Source: Azolla caroliniana (taxonomy: Eukaryota; Plantae; Polypodiophyta). From it: 64,000 nucleotides of DNA. Each line of letters starts with the position of its first letter. Position 1 is the stretch's first letter. The notes under the pieces are model-generated. The model had not been told where the DNA came from. It made no database searches and was given only the letters and a program-made list of their open reading frames with translations. The DNA is taken from positions 8,680,001 through 8,744,000 of the forward strand of contig JBHGNT010000005.1 in assembly GCA_043228905.1 (NCBI GenBank). The letters run 5' to 3'. Both the position numbers and the translations under genes were made by a program. Shown here in pieces: positions 50,880 to 63,050 of the stretch.

Positions 50880-53309
50880 TGTTACTGTACGAGATGTACG
50901 TGTGATTGATAAGTGTGATAAGTGAGGGTAAAAGATGTAATGTGTATGTGTGATTTTATACGATTATGAGTGTGAATGTAAGTGTGAGTGTGGTAGATAC
51001 AAAGAGGTGTGAGTGAGTGACTAGGTGTGAATGCCAAGGGGGCTTGCACCCTTGTGGATCTACCCCTTTATACCTATTTAACCCCTTATGGGGAATGAAT
51101 GAAGAAAATAACCATTTCTCTCTCAATCTCTCTCTTGTCATCTCTCTCCCCCTCTCTCTCTTCCCTCCCCTTAACGTTGAACCCCCTTGGGAGGGGGGTG
51201 GAGCCATTCTAGGCACCACCCCCAACCCCACAATGCTTCTCAATGCTTGTCGTCTCTCTCACCATCAATCCCATAACGCTCATCATCCTCATCAAACACA
51301 CCATCTCCATCACCAATCATCATTACCATTAACCCTAACCCTAAAACCTATAACACCTTTTGGCGACCACTATGGTGACCCCCCCTTTGGAGATGGAGTC
51401 GATGAATGATCCGTGACAGTATGATGTGCAAGAGGAACTCATGGAATGATATGCGGTAGAAGTATGTGCGAGAAAGCAAGAAATCAAATCGACAATGTAC
51501 AAGAAATGTGCAAGAAATGATGAAAATGAAGGAGACAGGAGAACACCAAAGAAGAACAAGGAGGACCGGACAACAAGACGGAAAAAACGAAGGGTCCGCC
51601 AGAGATGATGGTGACAAAGAGAAAGGGCGGTGGAAAGAATGACCAATGGCCAGAAAAACGAACCAACAGTCGGAGTAGCTGGAGTGCGGTCGGAATGGCC
51701 AGATAACGGCTGAAGAGCGGCCAGAATGGTCGGGCAACAGCTGAAGAGCAACCGGACAACAGTCGGAGCAGTTGGAGTGGCCGGACAATAGACGAAGTAG
51801 TAGGAGTGATCGACAATGGCCGAAAAGCAACCAAACCGGCCGGAATAGCTGGACAAAGGCTAGAGCAGCCGAGCCACCGAGGGCTAGACAGACTACTAGG
51901 ACGATGGATTGAATACACAGTCGGAAGATGACAACGATGACCAGACACCGACAGAGATGGAGGAGAGGCCGGAGAGCTACCTAAGAGTGGTCATAGTGGC
52001 CGAACGGAGGCGGCCGGACAAGGACAACAACAACGGTCAGAAATGGCCACGACGTGAGATGGAGACGGACGAGCGGCCGAAATAGCTGAACAGTGGCCGT
52101 AGTGGCTAGATGGGTTGGACAGATGACCAACCATGACAACCAAAACAAAGACAATGTAGAGAAGAAAGATCCAGACATGCAGAAAATAAGAAGATGAGAG
52201 AAGAGAAATGCATAGAAGAAGAAGACGAAGACGAAGACGAAGAAGAAGAAGATTCGAAGAAGAAGAAGAAGAAGAAGAAGCGGAAGGAGATGTAGCCGTT
52301 GATGAACAGAGAAGGAAGAGAAAGAAGAATTCATGGAAGAAGAGAAAGGCATGGACAGACAGACACGAGCGGGAGAGACAGAAGCAAACAGAAAAAAGAG
52401 AGAGGGAAAAAAGGAGATGAGGGCATCCATGAAATTTTAAAACATTTAAGGGGTATTAAGCATAACTTTAAAAACATAAGGGTACATGATAGAATTTTAA
52501 AAATCAAAGGGCACCTATAGAATTTCAAAAACTTATTAACCTAAAAGAAATGAACGCGATCCACACACAACTCACAAGATACAAAGAAGAACACACATAC
52601 ATACAACGTTTTCTTTGACGACCCGTATGATGTCACCGAAGTTCGTGAACTGACAGAACGAGAATGTTCGTGTTGATGAAGATTCGCTGACCGACATAGA
52701 TGTTCGAGTCAAATGCTCCGATCGAGGGAGTCAATCATTGAGAGGATTGATGGAAGTTCCGTTCGAAGAAAGATTATGATCAAAGCATGTGGGATCGACG
52801 TGCAAGGCACTCTCCCACGGGCGTGCCATATTGTGTTACCGTACGAGACGTACGTGTGATTGATAAGTGTGATAAGTGAGGGTGAAAGATGTAATGTGTA
52901 TGTGTGATTTTATACGATTATGAGTGTGAATGTAAGTGTGAGTGTGGTAGATACAAAGAGGTGTGAGTGAGTGACTAGGTGTGAATGCCAAGGGGGCTTG
53001 CACCCTTGTGGATCTACCCCTTTATACCTATTTAACCCCTTATGGGGAATGAATGAAGAAAATAACCATTTCTCTCTCAATCTCTCTCTTGTCATCTCTC
53101 TCCCCCTCTCTCTCTTCCCTCCCCTTAACGTTGAACCCCCTTGGGAGGGGGGTGGAGCCATTCTAGGCACCACCCCCAACCCCACAATGCTTCTCAATGC
53201 TTGTCGTCTCTCTCACCATCAATCCCATAACGCTCATCATCCTCATCAAACACACCATCTCCATCACCAATCATCATTACCATTAACCCTAACCCTAAAA
53301 CCTATAACA
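50880..53309 (-). mobile_element. Young non-autonomous LTR retroelement (476-bp LTRs, ~1.48-kb non-coding interior)
   Basis: LTRs at 50880-51355 and 52834-53309 with TG...CA ends and about 3 differences seen. Perfect TSD AAGTA (50875-50879 / 53310-53314). The LTR TATAAA is on the minus strand. No recognisable gag or pol. Confidence 0.93.
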
Positions 53310-53877
53310 AAGTACTGTCGAATGACTTGAACATACTATCCATTGAAAACCCAGTCGAAGTTCGGACGTAATGTTGAACAAGTCGGCTATGCATAAGATG
53401 GCCGAAAGGCCTATTGAAGTCCGAAGGGTAAATTTCTCTGATGTGCCAGCTCTTCATGATGGCCTAACCCAAAACATGAGGTTGGCTTTACGGGCAGTCG
53501 ACACCTCTAGCACCAATTCGGCATAGCTGAACGATTTGGCTTTGGACCATCCAACTTCGACACCCGACGTGACTAGTCCATTCATCCCTCGAAGATTCGA
53601 GAGACTGTTGCTACCGCGTGGCCCGCGGAGGGACTCTCATGGAATGTTCTTTACAGATGTAGATGAACCGACGCCATACGAAGAAGCATCGACATCAACC
53701 AATTCAGCCACATGGAATCTAGCGATGGAGTCAGAAAATGAACTCCATTCGGAAAAACAAGACTTGGGACTTGGTCGAACTACTGAAAAATTGACGTGCT
53801 CTTCTGTGAAAGTGGGTCTACAGATTAAAAGAGATGTCCGATTCAACCACCCCAAAATTCAAGGCCAGACTAGTAGT

Positions 53878-54630
53878 TGATAGGGTTTCATACAAAGGGT
53901 AATCTTACACTATATGAGGGCTTGACCAAACCGGTTAGATAGAGTTGTGACTCATAATATATTATATAGATCAAGAGAGACTCAAGAAATTAAGAAAAAA
54001 AGATAGAGAAGATGAGAAAGAGATAAGATTGTTATGATATTCCAACATCAAGACAATACAAAGGAGATAAACTCCACATTCAACTAAGAAACCAAAAACC
54101 TTCTTACTACCAATCACTCAAAAACCACAATTAAGACCCTTCCTCTTTCACTAAGATATGTCTTCCTAAGACTCCCTCTCCTCTATTAGGATCCTCTCCC
54201 TATTAGTCTCCCGTCTATGACTATCACTTCCTCTTTTATAATTTTCTTCTTCTTCCTCGTTCACGCTATTTTTAGAAGCTTTTTATCTCCTATTTTTAGC
54301 TAAGACCTAATGACCTTCTAATCATCATATCTCCCTCCTCAGAGTCCGAATTTAGTGATTTAAAACGCTATAGATGGCTCTCTTTACAAGCTTTCTAACC
54401 CATATTTAAACCTAATATTTGGGTGAAAAACGAAGGAGTTATGACCATTCCTTTTTTTTACTGTTTTTTATGGTCCACTTTTTCTCTTTTTACTTTTCTC
54501 TTGGTCTCTTACTTTTACTTTTGACTTCTTCCTAAGGTCTTGGTTCGTGTTCTTAGCCTCCAAATGTGAATTATCCATACTTTATATTCTTCTAATGTTC
54601 AATGGCTTAGCTTCTAAAAACACTTTCACA
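53878..54630. mobile_element. Solo LTR (~753 bp) inserted in copia RT
   Basis: TG...CA ends and TSD GTAGT (53873-53877) / GTAGC (54631-54635). Removing it restores KARLVAKSFRQ. Confidence 0.85.
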
Positions 54631-55571
54631 GTAGCAAAGAGTTTTCGACAAGAATATGGCATCAACTTCGACATATCGAGCACGGTCTGGTCTAGCGTCG
54701 AGAGTCACGCGATCCGCTTTTCAAACTCCTGAAGCAAGGCCAACGTATTCCATCCCTTATTGGGGCTCTCGACCCAATCCATAAATTCCTTCTTCGACAG
54801 CCAGAGCGAGTCGTCGAAATCGTACCTTCCGAGGAGCCGCCCCTCGAATTCTGCCTAGTTATGATAGTCTGCTCGCACCTTGAGCACCTCGGCGTGTATG
54901 CTCGGCATAACGACTCGAGGGAATCTCGCCAGCCGTCTGTCCTCCGGTATGTCCCTCATCATCATCTCGGCCTGGTAGGCCTCCAGATAGCTAGTCACAT
55001 CTTTGCCATTGAAATGGCCTATCGTGCCGACTATAAATTCAATGGCTTTGTCAAGGGCGCTCGTGCCCTCTTGAGCGTTCACCAGGCGGTTAACAACCGC
55101 TGCCATGGCGTCCGCGAGTTCACTTCCTCTCATCTTCGGACTCCTTTGCCACCCTTTTCACGTCGGTTCACCAAAGATGTCACGAATTTTTGCATCTCGG
55201 ACCAAGGAGTCGGAATAGGGGGGGAAGGGAGGAACGTGTCACTGTCCGGATAGCTACAACGGTTCGGTCCCTGGTTGCATATAAGATATGGAACGGTACC
55301 CAGATCAGAACAGAGTAGCTCACCAGCCTGAGGGAGTGTATCTCTCCCCGGTCAGGATGCCGGGGAGCAACAGTAGGTGCATAGGCTCACAGACTCATAC
55401 GTGCACTCAACAGATTCATGACGGGAATAAGACATGAGCTCAGAGCACGACCAACACACGGCAAGTAGGAGCCACACAGAAACCCCAACAAAGGGTACTT
55501 AACAAACTAATGATTAACAAAGAATCCAAAGAGTACAATCGGGCGCAATCGGCAACATCGCTTAGCGCTCT

Positions 55572-55572
<1 letters not shown>

Positions 55573-55654
<82 letters not shown>
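55573..55654. repeat. (GA)n(CA)n microsatellite within an LTR
   Basis: Directly visible. Confidence 0.95.
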
Positions 55655-55656
<2 letters not shown>

Positions 55657-55757
55657 GAGATAGGACAAAGAATCTCTGGTTGGGAGCACACGGGCTGCCA
55701 ACGTGAGTAGAGACTTCCCCTCCTTCTTCGAAACGGTGCAGAGCACAAGACCGGAAG

Positions 55758-57338
55758 AGATAGATAGATAGATAGATAGATTATATTATCGTCTTTGGAG
55801 GTCAAATATGACCTATGAGACCAAAAATATTACATTTCACGTGATACGTGTGAAAGTGAGTAGTGACTCTTGATGTTCAAGAACTTTACCAATGAATGTT
55901 GTAATTGAGAGTGCACATTCTGGTTGTGAGAGGAATTCATGCAAAGATTGGGCTCGGTCGAAGAGATGTGGAAAGCATGGTCGAATATGATCAAAGGCAG
56001 AGCATTGTATCAAAGTGTGATACTCAGACTCGCGAACATGTTTAGTGCAAAGTGTGCATAGCCGACCACTCTCATCACTTGTGCCCCATCGCCCTGTTTC
56101 ACATCGCAATGCATGTGAGCTAAGTTGCATGGAAGAAATGGTTCGAATGGCAGATAACGGTATGGGCTCTAACATGTATCGATGTGTACGATTTCCCCGT
56201 TCCGCAAAGAATATAGTTTTGTAGTTAGGTGCAACATGTGTAGTATAATGTGTGAAGTGCGAGCCTCCACATTTGTCCGATGTCATGATACATTGGCGTT
56301 GCAAAAAGGCCTCATTTACAGAGGAATCTAATGATGCATCATGAAGCAAGTGTCTCACATCCCATCTACCAAACCATTTTTCTATATCTTACATCCAACT
56401 GGAACACAAAATTTTTCTTTTATGCGTCTTTTGGATCTTTTTGCTTGCTTCCCATGCAATTCTAGGAAGTCGATGTGAGGGACTTTTTTGAACCTTAAGC
56501 ATGTATTCAACAACCCTTTCCATGGCCATGATCTCAATGGGAAGCGATCCCGTCTCAAGGAGGAGGGTGTAGGGCGTTTGTTTCTTAACTTGTAGAAACT
56601 TTGTAAGAAAATGTTTTTGGACATTTTCAAACTCTTTCCACATAGATTTAGGGATGCTACCATCCCATACTTCCACCCCATAGAGAAGAACCGGTGTCAC
56701 CAAAGTGTCGAAAAGATATTTCTTGAGGACCCAACATTTAATATCTCCAAGATTGCATGTGTTCTCAAATGCATAGTATGCTCGTTTACCCACCTCTAAG
56801 CGGTGTGTAGCACATTCATTCCATCTATGATTTGAAGGAATTTCAAGGCCAAGATATTTGAAGCTTTCCACACATTCAAGTGGCTCGTTGTTGTACATAA
56901 TGCATGGTTTATCTCTTTTTTGGCTCTTCACAAGCATAATCTTTGTTTTAGAGCTATTGACACTTAATTTAGTATGCATGCAAATTTTTTCCAATGCCTT
57001 CATAAGCTTTTGTGCATCTCCTAAAGTATTTGCAAAAAGCACTACATCATCTGCATATAGCAAAAGCATAATCACAACAATCCCAATGGCAACTTCTTCA
57101 ACACATTCTTCCTTTGCAAACTTGGTAACCGTTTCTTCAAATTCATCAATGCATAGACCAAATAGTGTTGGTGAGAGTGGGCATCCTTGCTTAACATCAA
57201 TAGTGCTTTTGAAAAAATCTGAAAGTTTATCTCTCATGCGCACACAACATATAACCTTCTCATAAATTCGGGAAATTGCAAGCATATATTCACTTGGCAC
57301 CTCAAGTTCTTCCATTTGCCTCCAAAGATGGTCACGAG
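55758..57338 (-). mobile_element. 5'-truncated LINE (RTEX/CR1-L2-like ORF2: RT C-terminal half plus Cys/His tail)
   Basis: ORF 56389-57315 carries KQGCPLSPTLF, LLYADD and FKYLG. ORF 55837-56358 carries LSSHALRCETGRW...RLCTLC...ESEYHTLIQC. 3' hairpin at 55800-55813 and (ATCT)n tail at 55758-55781. Confidence 0.9.
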
Positions 57339-57687
57339 AGAGGTAGAGAACTCAGCACTCAATCCGACAAAACTTCCTCCTCCTAATTCCTGCCCCCTTT
57401 CTCGGTCTTCCCTCCCTCCTTTTATAGCTCAAGGAGAGAGAGAGCTATTACATCAGGTAGTTAAGTCAACCGCTTTCGACAGAGATTTTTGTCGATTCCC
57501 TCACGTCAAACTCCCCCCCATTCCTCTCTATCCGTGTGGGCCTTTAAAGTGCCCATTAAACCCTACTACCTAGTAATTACTAGTCCTATGTTATTACATG
57601 TTTCACACATAAAGGCTAAACTCTGTATGACACCCATTCCCGCGCGTCTCGCTCTATTTCCCTCTGTGGCCTGAATCCTTCAAGACA

Positions 57688-60600
57688 CCGGAGTGTCTAA
57701 CTACATGACGAGCCACGAAGAGTGATTCTCGTTTCTGGAAAAGCTGGAGCAACCAGGAGTTGTTGAAACCAGAGACAACACTCCTCACCTGATCGTGCAT
57801 GTCGGAGAAGTTCCCTTGAGTCATGTTAGACAAAAAGAGAAGCTTATGAACGTGCTTCACGTCTCAACGATCACAAAGAACCTGGTGTCGGTCGAACAGA
57901 TCGTCAACCGGGGGATGCAAGTGCGGTTCACACACCTCGGGTGCTTCATCAAGGAAGAAGCCCAAATCATCGCGCCAGGGCACCAGGACGGGAGGATGTT
58001 CATCCTCAACATCGACGACGTTGGCACCATTTTATTTGCAAAGGGTCAAAAGGTCGAGTCGGATATCGACTTATGGCACAAGCGGATCAACCATGTCAAC
58101 TATTAGAGCCTTCAAGACCTGCAATCGAAATAGGTTGTTTTCGGATTGCCAAAATTCAGTGACCAGAAGGCCTAAATTTGTGAAGCCTGCCAACTTGGGA
58201 AGCAACACCGGCTTATGTTCCCCACCGAAAGAAATCGGAGCTATAACAAGCTCGATCTAATACATTTGGATGTATGGGAACCGACACAAAATGTTAGTCT
58301 TGGCGGGAGCTGATATTTTGTCCCCTTCATCGACGACTACAGCCGACACACATGCATCTATCTAATTGAAAGGAAAAGCAAAGTTTTCAATTGTTTTCGG
58401 AACTTGCAAAGTCTTGTGGAATGGGAAACGGAGAGGAAGATTAAATGCCTGCGGTTGCATGGCGAAAAAGAATATTTTTCCAGCCAATTCAATAGGTATC
58501 TGGAGCAGTAAGGAATTTGAAGGGAATTCCGTTGTACATACACACCGGAACAAAATGGTATGGACAAAAGGAAGAACTAGTCTATTGTGGAAGCGACACA
58601 GGCAATGCTAGAAGAGAAGAGCATGCCCAAGTTCTACTGGGTCGAAGCAGTCCGGATGACCGTTTACATCCAAAACCAAATCGTGGATAAGGTGTGAGCA
58701 CATGAGCTATATTTCGGGCGCAAGTCGAATTTAAGGCACCTTAGGATATTCAGTAGCAGTGCCTATGTGCATGTACCAGATGAGAAGCAGAGGAAGCTGG
58801 ACCCAAAGTCGAAGAAGTGCATACTAGACGGCTACTCACATGAGCAGAAGAGGTATAAGTGCGACAACCCCCGGACAAAGACGGTCCGAGTAAGCCGAGA
58901 TGTCGAATTTGACGAATCAACATCCTGGTACTCTCTACCGACTCTGACCTTCGGCTCCGACCCAATTCTAGAGGATGAGGCCAGTGAGCCTGAAATGATC
59001 TGGGTTGAAGATGAGGAAGGATTCGACACTCTGGATGAGAGTTCGATCTCATTCCGGCTAAGTGGGCCGAATGAATGACTGAGTCGGAATGACTAGTCAG
59101 ATGAAGAGCTAGTGAGTAGTGGAGACTCGGCCGTGCTTCCCCCGCGTAAGGAACCAAGGAGACGGTTCACATGCAAGGAGAAAGGAAAGAAGAAGATGCT
59201 GGAGTATGACACCGACAGAGAAGAGTTGGATCGGAGCGAGACCGAGTCCGGAAAGAACGAAGACAGACCTTCGAGAATGAAGTCCGAGCCGGCCAAGAGG
59301 GCCCTGAAATGAGGAAACGAAAAGTTGCGCTGATCCTCTCACCAGAAGAACCCCGTAAAAAGGTATGGATACAATGAGTACATGGTGCATCACTATGCAT
59401 ACATGAAGAAAGTGGTGGAAGTGCATGAGCCGGAGACTTACGCAAAAGTGGCAAAAGCTACACAATGGTGTGCCGCTATGGAGGAAGAGATGTGGGCACT
59501 CGATGCCAACGACACATGGGACTTGATTGACCCTCCCCGACATTACAATATGATCGCTTGCAAGTGTGTGTACAAGGTGAAGTATAATGCTAATGGTTCG
59601 GTCAACCAGTACAAGGCGCGGTTAGTAGCCAAAGGGTATGCGCAGATCCACGAAATCGACTACGATGAGACCTTCGCTCCGGTAGCGAAGATGACAACAG
59701 TCTGTGTGGTGCTAGTGGTTGCCGCGGCAAGGGGGTGGCATCTTCACCAAATGGAGGTGATGAATGTGTTTCTTCAAGCGATCTTGAGGAATAGGTCTAG
59801 ATGATCCAACCCCTCAAGTTTTAGTCGGAGATGAACAAGTCGGCAATGTGCCAAGTCAAGAAGTCGCTTTACGGCCTGAAGCAAGCTCCCTGTTCTAGGA
59901 ATTTGAAGATCACGCACCGGTTGCGTAGGATGGGGTTTGCGGCCTCAAAGTCGGACTCTTCACTATTCATCCGGAAGGTCTGAAAGGTTTGGTATGTATC
60001 TTGTTATACGTGGACGATCTGGTCATCACCGGACCCAGACTCGTTGAAATCGGCCGAGCGAAGTCCCAGTTGTCGGACACATTCGAAATGAAGGACTTGG
60101 GGGATCTTCATTACTTCCTCGGGATCGAAGTGATCGAAATCCCCGATGACATATTGCTCTTCCAAAGACACTATGTGTTGAATATGTTGTACAAGTTCAA
60201 CATGATAGATTATTGACCAGTCTCGACACCCCTTGACCTGAACCTCAAGCTATGTCCTGACTCTGGACCGGCTTGCAATGAGAAACGGTTCCGACAGATT
60301 GTTGGAAGCCTCATCTATCTCACTATCACCCGACCTGACATTAGCTATCCGGTCAGGATGATAAGTCAATTCATGCAGAAGCCAACCGTGGAGCAGCTTC
60401 AGTGCGCGCACCGAATACTCAAGTATGTTAGCGGCACTATGGACCGGGGACTATTATACCGACACGGTATAACCGAAAAGCTAGTCGGATATACGAATGC
60501 CGACTGGGCCGATGATGTGTCGGATTGTCAGTCCACTTCCAATTACATGTTCTCTCTAGGTAGCGCGGTTGTTGCGTGGAGCAACAAAAAGCAACCTACA

Positions 60601-61750
60601 GTGGCTCTTTCGAGCATTGAGGCTGAGTATCGGGGCACTACCATTGCCACCTATGAAGCCATATGGCTTACACGACTGCTGCAATACCTCCAGATCGAAG
60701 TACCGACTCCGATCTCGATCTATTGCGACAACATGAGCAGCATGCAGCTAGCCAAGAACCCTGTGTTCCATGCTCGGACGAAGCACATAGAAGTGCATTA
60801 TCACTTTGTGTGCGATTGAGTCCTCAACGGTGAAGTAGAACTTTGGTATGTCCGAACAAATTGGTGGGTTGCCGACATCTTCACGAAGGCCCTCAGAACG
60901 GACAAGTTGCAACATTTTTCGGAGGTGCTTGGTATTCGGCATCTCGACATGCCAATTCGAATTTCGGATGTGGTTTGATGTTGTGAAGGGCTTGAAGGTT
61001 GAAGACGAATTGGAGATAACTAATTCGGACAAGAGCCGACCAGAAGAAGAAGGCCAAGACCCAGACATGGTCTGATGTTGTGAAGGGCTCGAAGGTTGAA
61101 GACGAATTGGAGATAACCAATTGGGACAAGAGCTGGAACGAATCAGAGGCATTTGGTTCAGAAGAGGTGTTTCATTTGGAGGAACAGGATCAACTGAAGG
61201 CCAAACGGATGAGGGGGCAACGAAAGTCAACACCGACACGGAGCAACTGATGGGTCAAGAAGACAAGACAAGACGATTGAGAAGGTTGAGAGGTGAGGAA
61301 CCAGATTGGTCGTGGGAAGCAAAACTGGACAGGTTTAGGAGTGAGAGCAAGGCAGGAAGACGCCAGGAGGAGCGGAGGAAAGGACCGGCAGACACACAAC
61401 GATCCAACCTCAAGTTGAGCTTCAGGGGGAGTGTTGAGCGGGCAAGCTTAACCGGATCCGGATAAGCTAAATAAGCTAGAGCCGGATATACTAGTATCCG
61501 GAACCTAGATCTGGACCAGAGAACTAGATCATACTCCGGAATAGTGAGAACCGGTACGCCGTTGGAGCCTACGGTCTGAGCCTAGTACGTAGGCATATTC
61601 CTTTGATTTAGTGTCAGTCTCGTGTATGAGCATTGAAGTACTTGTCAGTATTTCTGTCAGTCCTTTTAAGGACTTGTATAAAAAGTGTTATGTAGGACAT
61701 TTGTAGGAACATAGTGTTATTATTTTGAATTGATTTTACTGTTCTGCTCT
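57688..61750 (+). mobile_element. Decayed Ty1/copia pol (protease, GAG-pre-integrase, integrase, RT, RNase H), PPT and 3' LTR start
   Basis: Motifs SGVSNYMTSH, LWHKRINH, FIDDYSRHT, TPEQNG, KLDPKSKKC, YKARLVAKGYAQ, LLYVDDL, TRPDISY, YTNADW and HARTKHIEVHYHF, with many stops and frameshifts. PPT AGGGGGAG at 61424-61431, then the LTR starts TGTTG at 61432. Confidence 0.92.
60971..61133 (+). repeat. ~65-bp direct repeat (97-bp period) in the copia 3' untranslated region
   Basis: TGATGTTGTGAAGGGCT.GAAGGTTGAAGACGAATTGGAGATAAC occurs twice. Confidence 0.85.
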
Positions 61751-61774
61751 CTCTCTCTCTCACACACACACACA

Positions 61775-61841
<67 letters not shown>

Positions 61842-63050
61842 ACGGCTCTCTCTGCCGTTGCTGTCGTTGTCGTCATCGTCGCCGTCGCCGTCGTCTGCAG
61901 CCGCTGCAGCCGTCGCCGTCTGCTCTCTCTCTCTCTCTCTCTCGCTTCCTCGTCTTTGTGTAATGGCTCTCTCTACCGTTGCTGTCGCCGTTTAGTGTCG
62001 TCGCCGTCGCCGTCGCCTGTTGCTGTCGTCTTCTGACGACTACCGCTGTCTGCGGCCGTCGCTGTCTGCTACCGTCTGCAGTCGTCTTTTGCCGTCTGCT
62101 GCCGTCTTCTGCCGTCGTTTGACGACTACCGCCGTCACCATCGCCGTCGTGGGGTGTTTCTTCTCCGTTTTCTCTTGACGTTGTGAAGTGCCATTTTCTT
62201 GACGAGTTCGTGGGTGGGTTCTTTTGGTGTGCTCGTCGCGTGCTACAAAATGCCGATGTGATTGCGACATACACACAAAATCGGCTAAGTCTCGAACCCA
62301 TTTATTTTACCTTTTTTTCTTATTGACACCACAATGTCGTCTAAACGAACTAAGGAACATAAGGATATACAAGACGAGGCTATAAGTAAGGAGGACTTTT
62401 TAGATATGTTTAATCGTTTAACAAAAATAGAGATGGATATGAATAAATGGGTGAAAGACACCGAAACCCACAAGAAAAAAGATAGAGAGGAAAAAGACGC
62501 CCTCAAAGCCGAAATAGAACAACTTAAAGTGGAAAACACCGACCTTAAAAAACAACTTAAGGACATCGAGGTATCTCGAGAAGACGGTGAAATATCCTCT
62601 ATAGAGGATATAAAGGATGAAATTAAAAAAGTTAAAGAGGAAGTTAATAATAACATAGAGTTAGCTAAAACGGGTTGGGTAGGTGTGGTTAAAAGAAACA
62701 TTAAAAAAGAAATAAAAGATGAAAATATTGTTAATACCACCCTTGAAGAAGAGAAAATGCGTCAGGCTCGACGCTTAAATGTACGTGTCACTGGGCTCAA
62801 GGAAGGTGCATCCCCAAATGAGGACGCACAAACACTTGGGAAAATGTTAGGGTACACAGAGGCCCTACCTATCACCAAAGCATGGAGGGCCTGGCGTGAC
62901 ACAGCTAGGAAGAGAGCCTTAGTCCTTCAATTTAAAGACTTAGACTCTAGAATCACTTTCTTTAAGAAGAGACCAATCCTTCGAGGAATGGGTGGGGACC
63001 CCATCTATCTCGATGAAGACCTCACTAAGATGCAAATTGAGCATCGCAAG
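61745..63050 (+). mobile_element. LINE 5' end: (CT)n/(GTCGCC)n-rich 5'UTR and ORF1, cut by a chromovirus insertion
   Basis: ORF from 62334 has a coiled coil followed by RRLNVRVTGLKE...LVLQF...IYLDEDLT, an L1-like/Transposase_22-type ORF1 pattern. It is interrupted at 63051 by an LTR. Confidence 0.8.

Larger units (their letters stand above)
49249..54672 (+). mobile_element. Decayed Ty1/copia element (5' LTR, PBS-Met, gag, RT N-terminus) carrying two nested insertions
   Basis: LTR 49249-49603 (TGTTG...CAACA) and PBS TGGTATCAGAGC at 49606-49617. gag motifs LWKTLSDTYEK, LLMSSLPLSWETF and CNYCKKLGHIKAD. Protease and integrase appear deleted. RT start EPTPYEEA...KTWDLV...KARLV|AKSFRQEYGINFD. Confidence 0.85.
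54673..57632 (-). mobile_element. Truncated gypsy-like element: 5' LTR (split by a LINE), PBS and gag N-terminus
   Basis: LTR 55178-57632 with TGTCA...TGACA ends, interrupted by the LINE. PBS TGGTGAACCGACGTGAA lies 4 nt from the LTR and resembles the tRNA-Trp 3' end as I recall it. gag starts at ATG 55133 (GHFNGKDVTSYLEAY). Confidence 0.75.

Noticed and set aside
50956-53330. Duplicated 95-130-aa ORFs and Arg/Glu- or Phe/Ser-rich ORFs
   Set aside because: They arise from the two LTR copies and the purine-skewed low-complexity interior, with no protein motifs.
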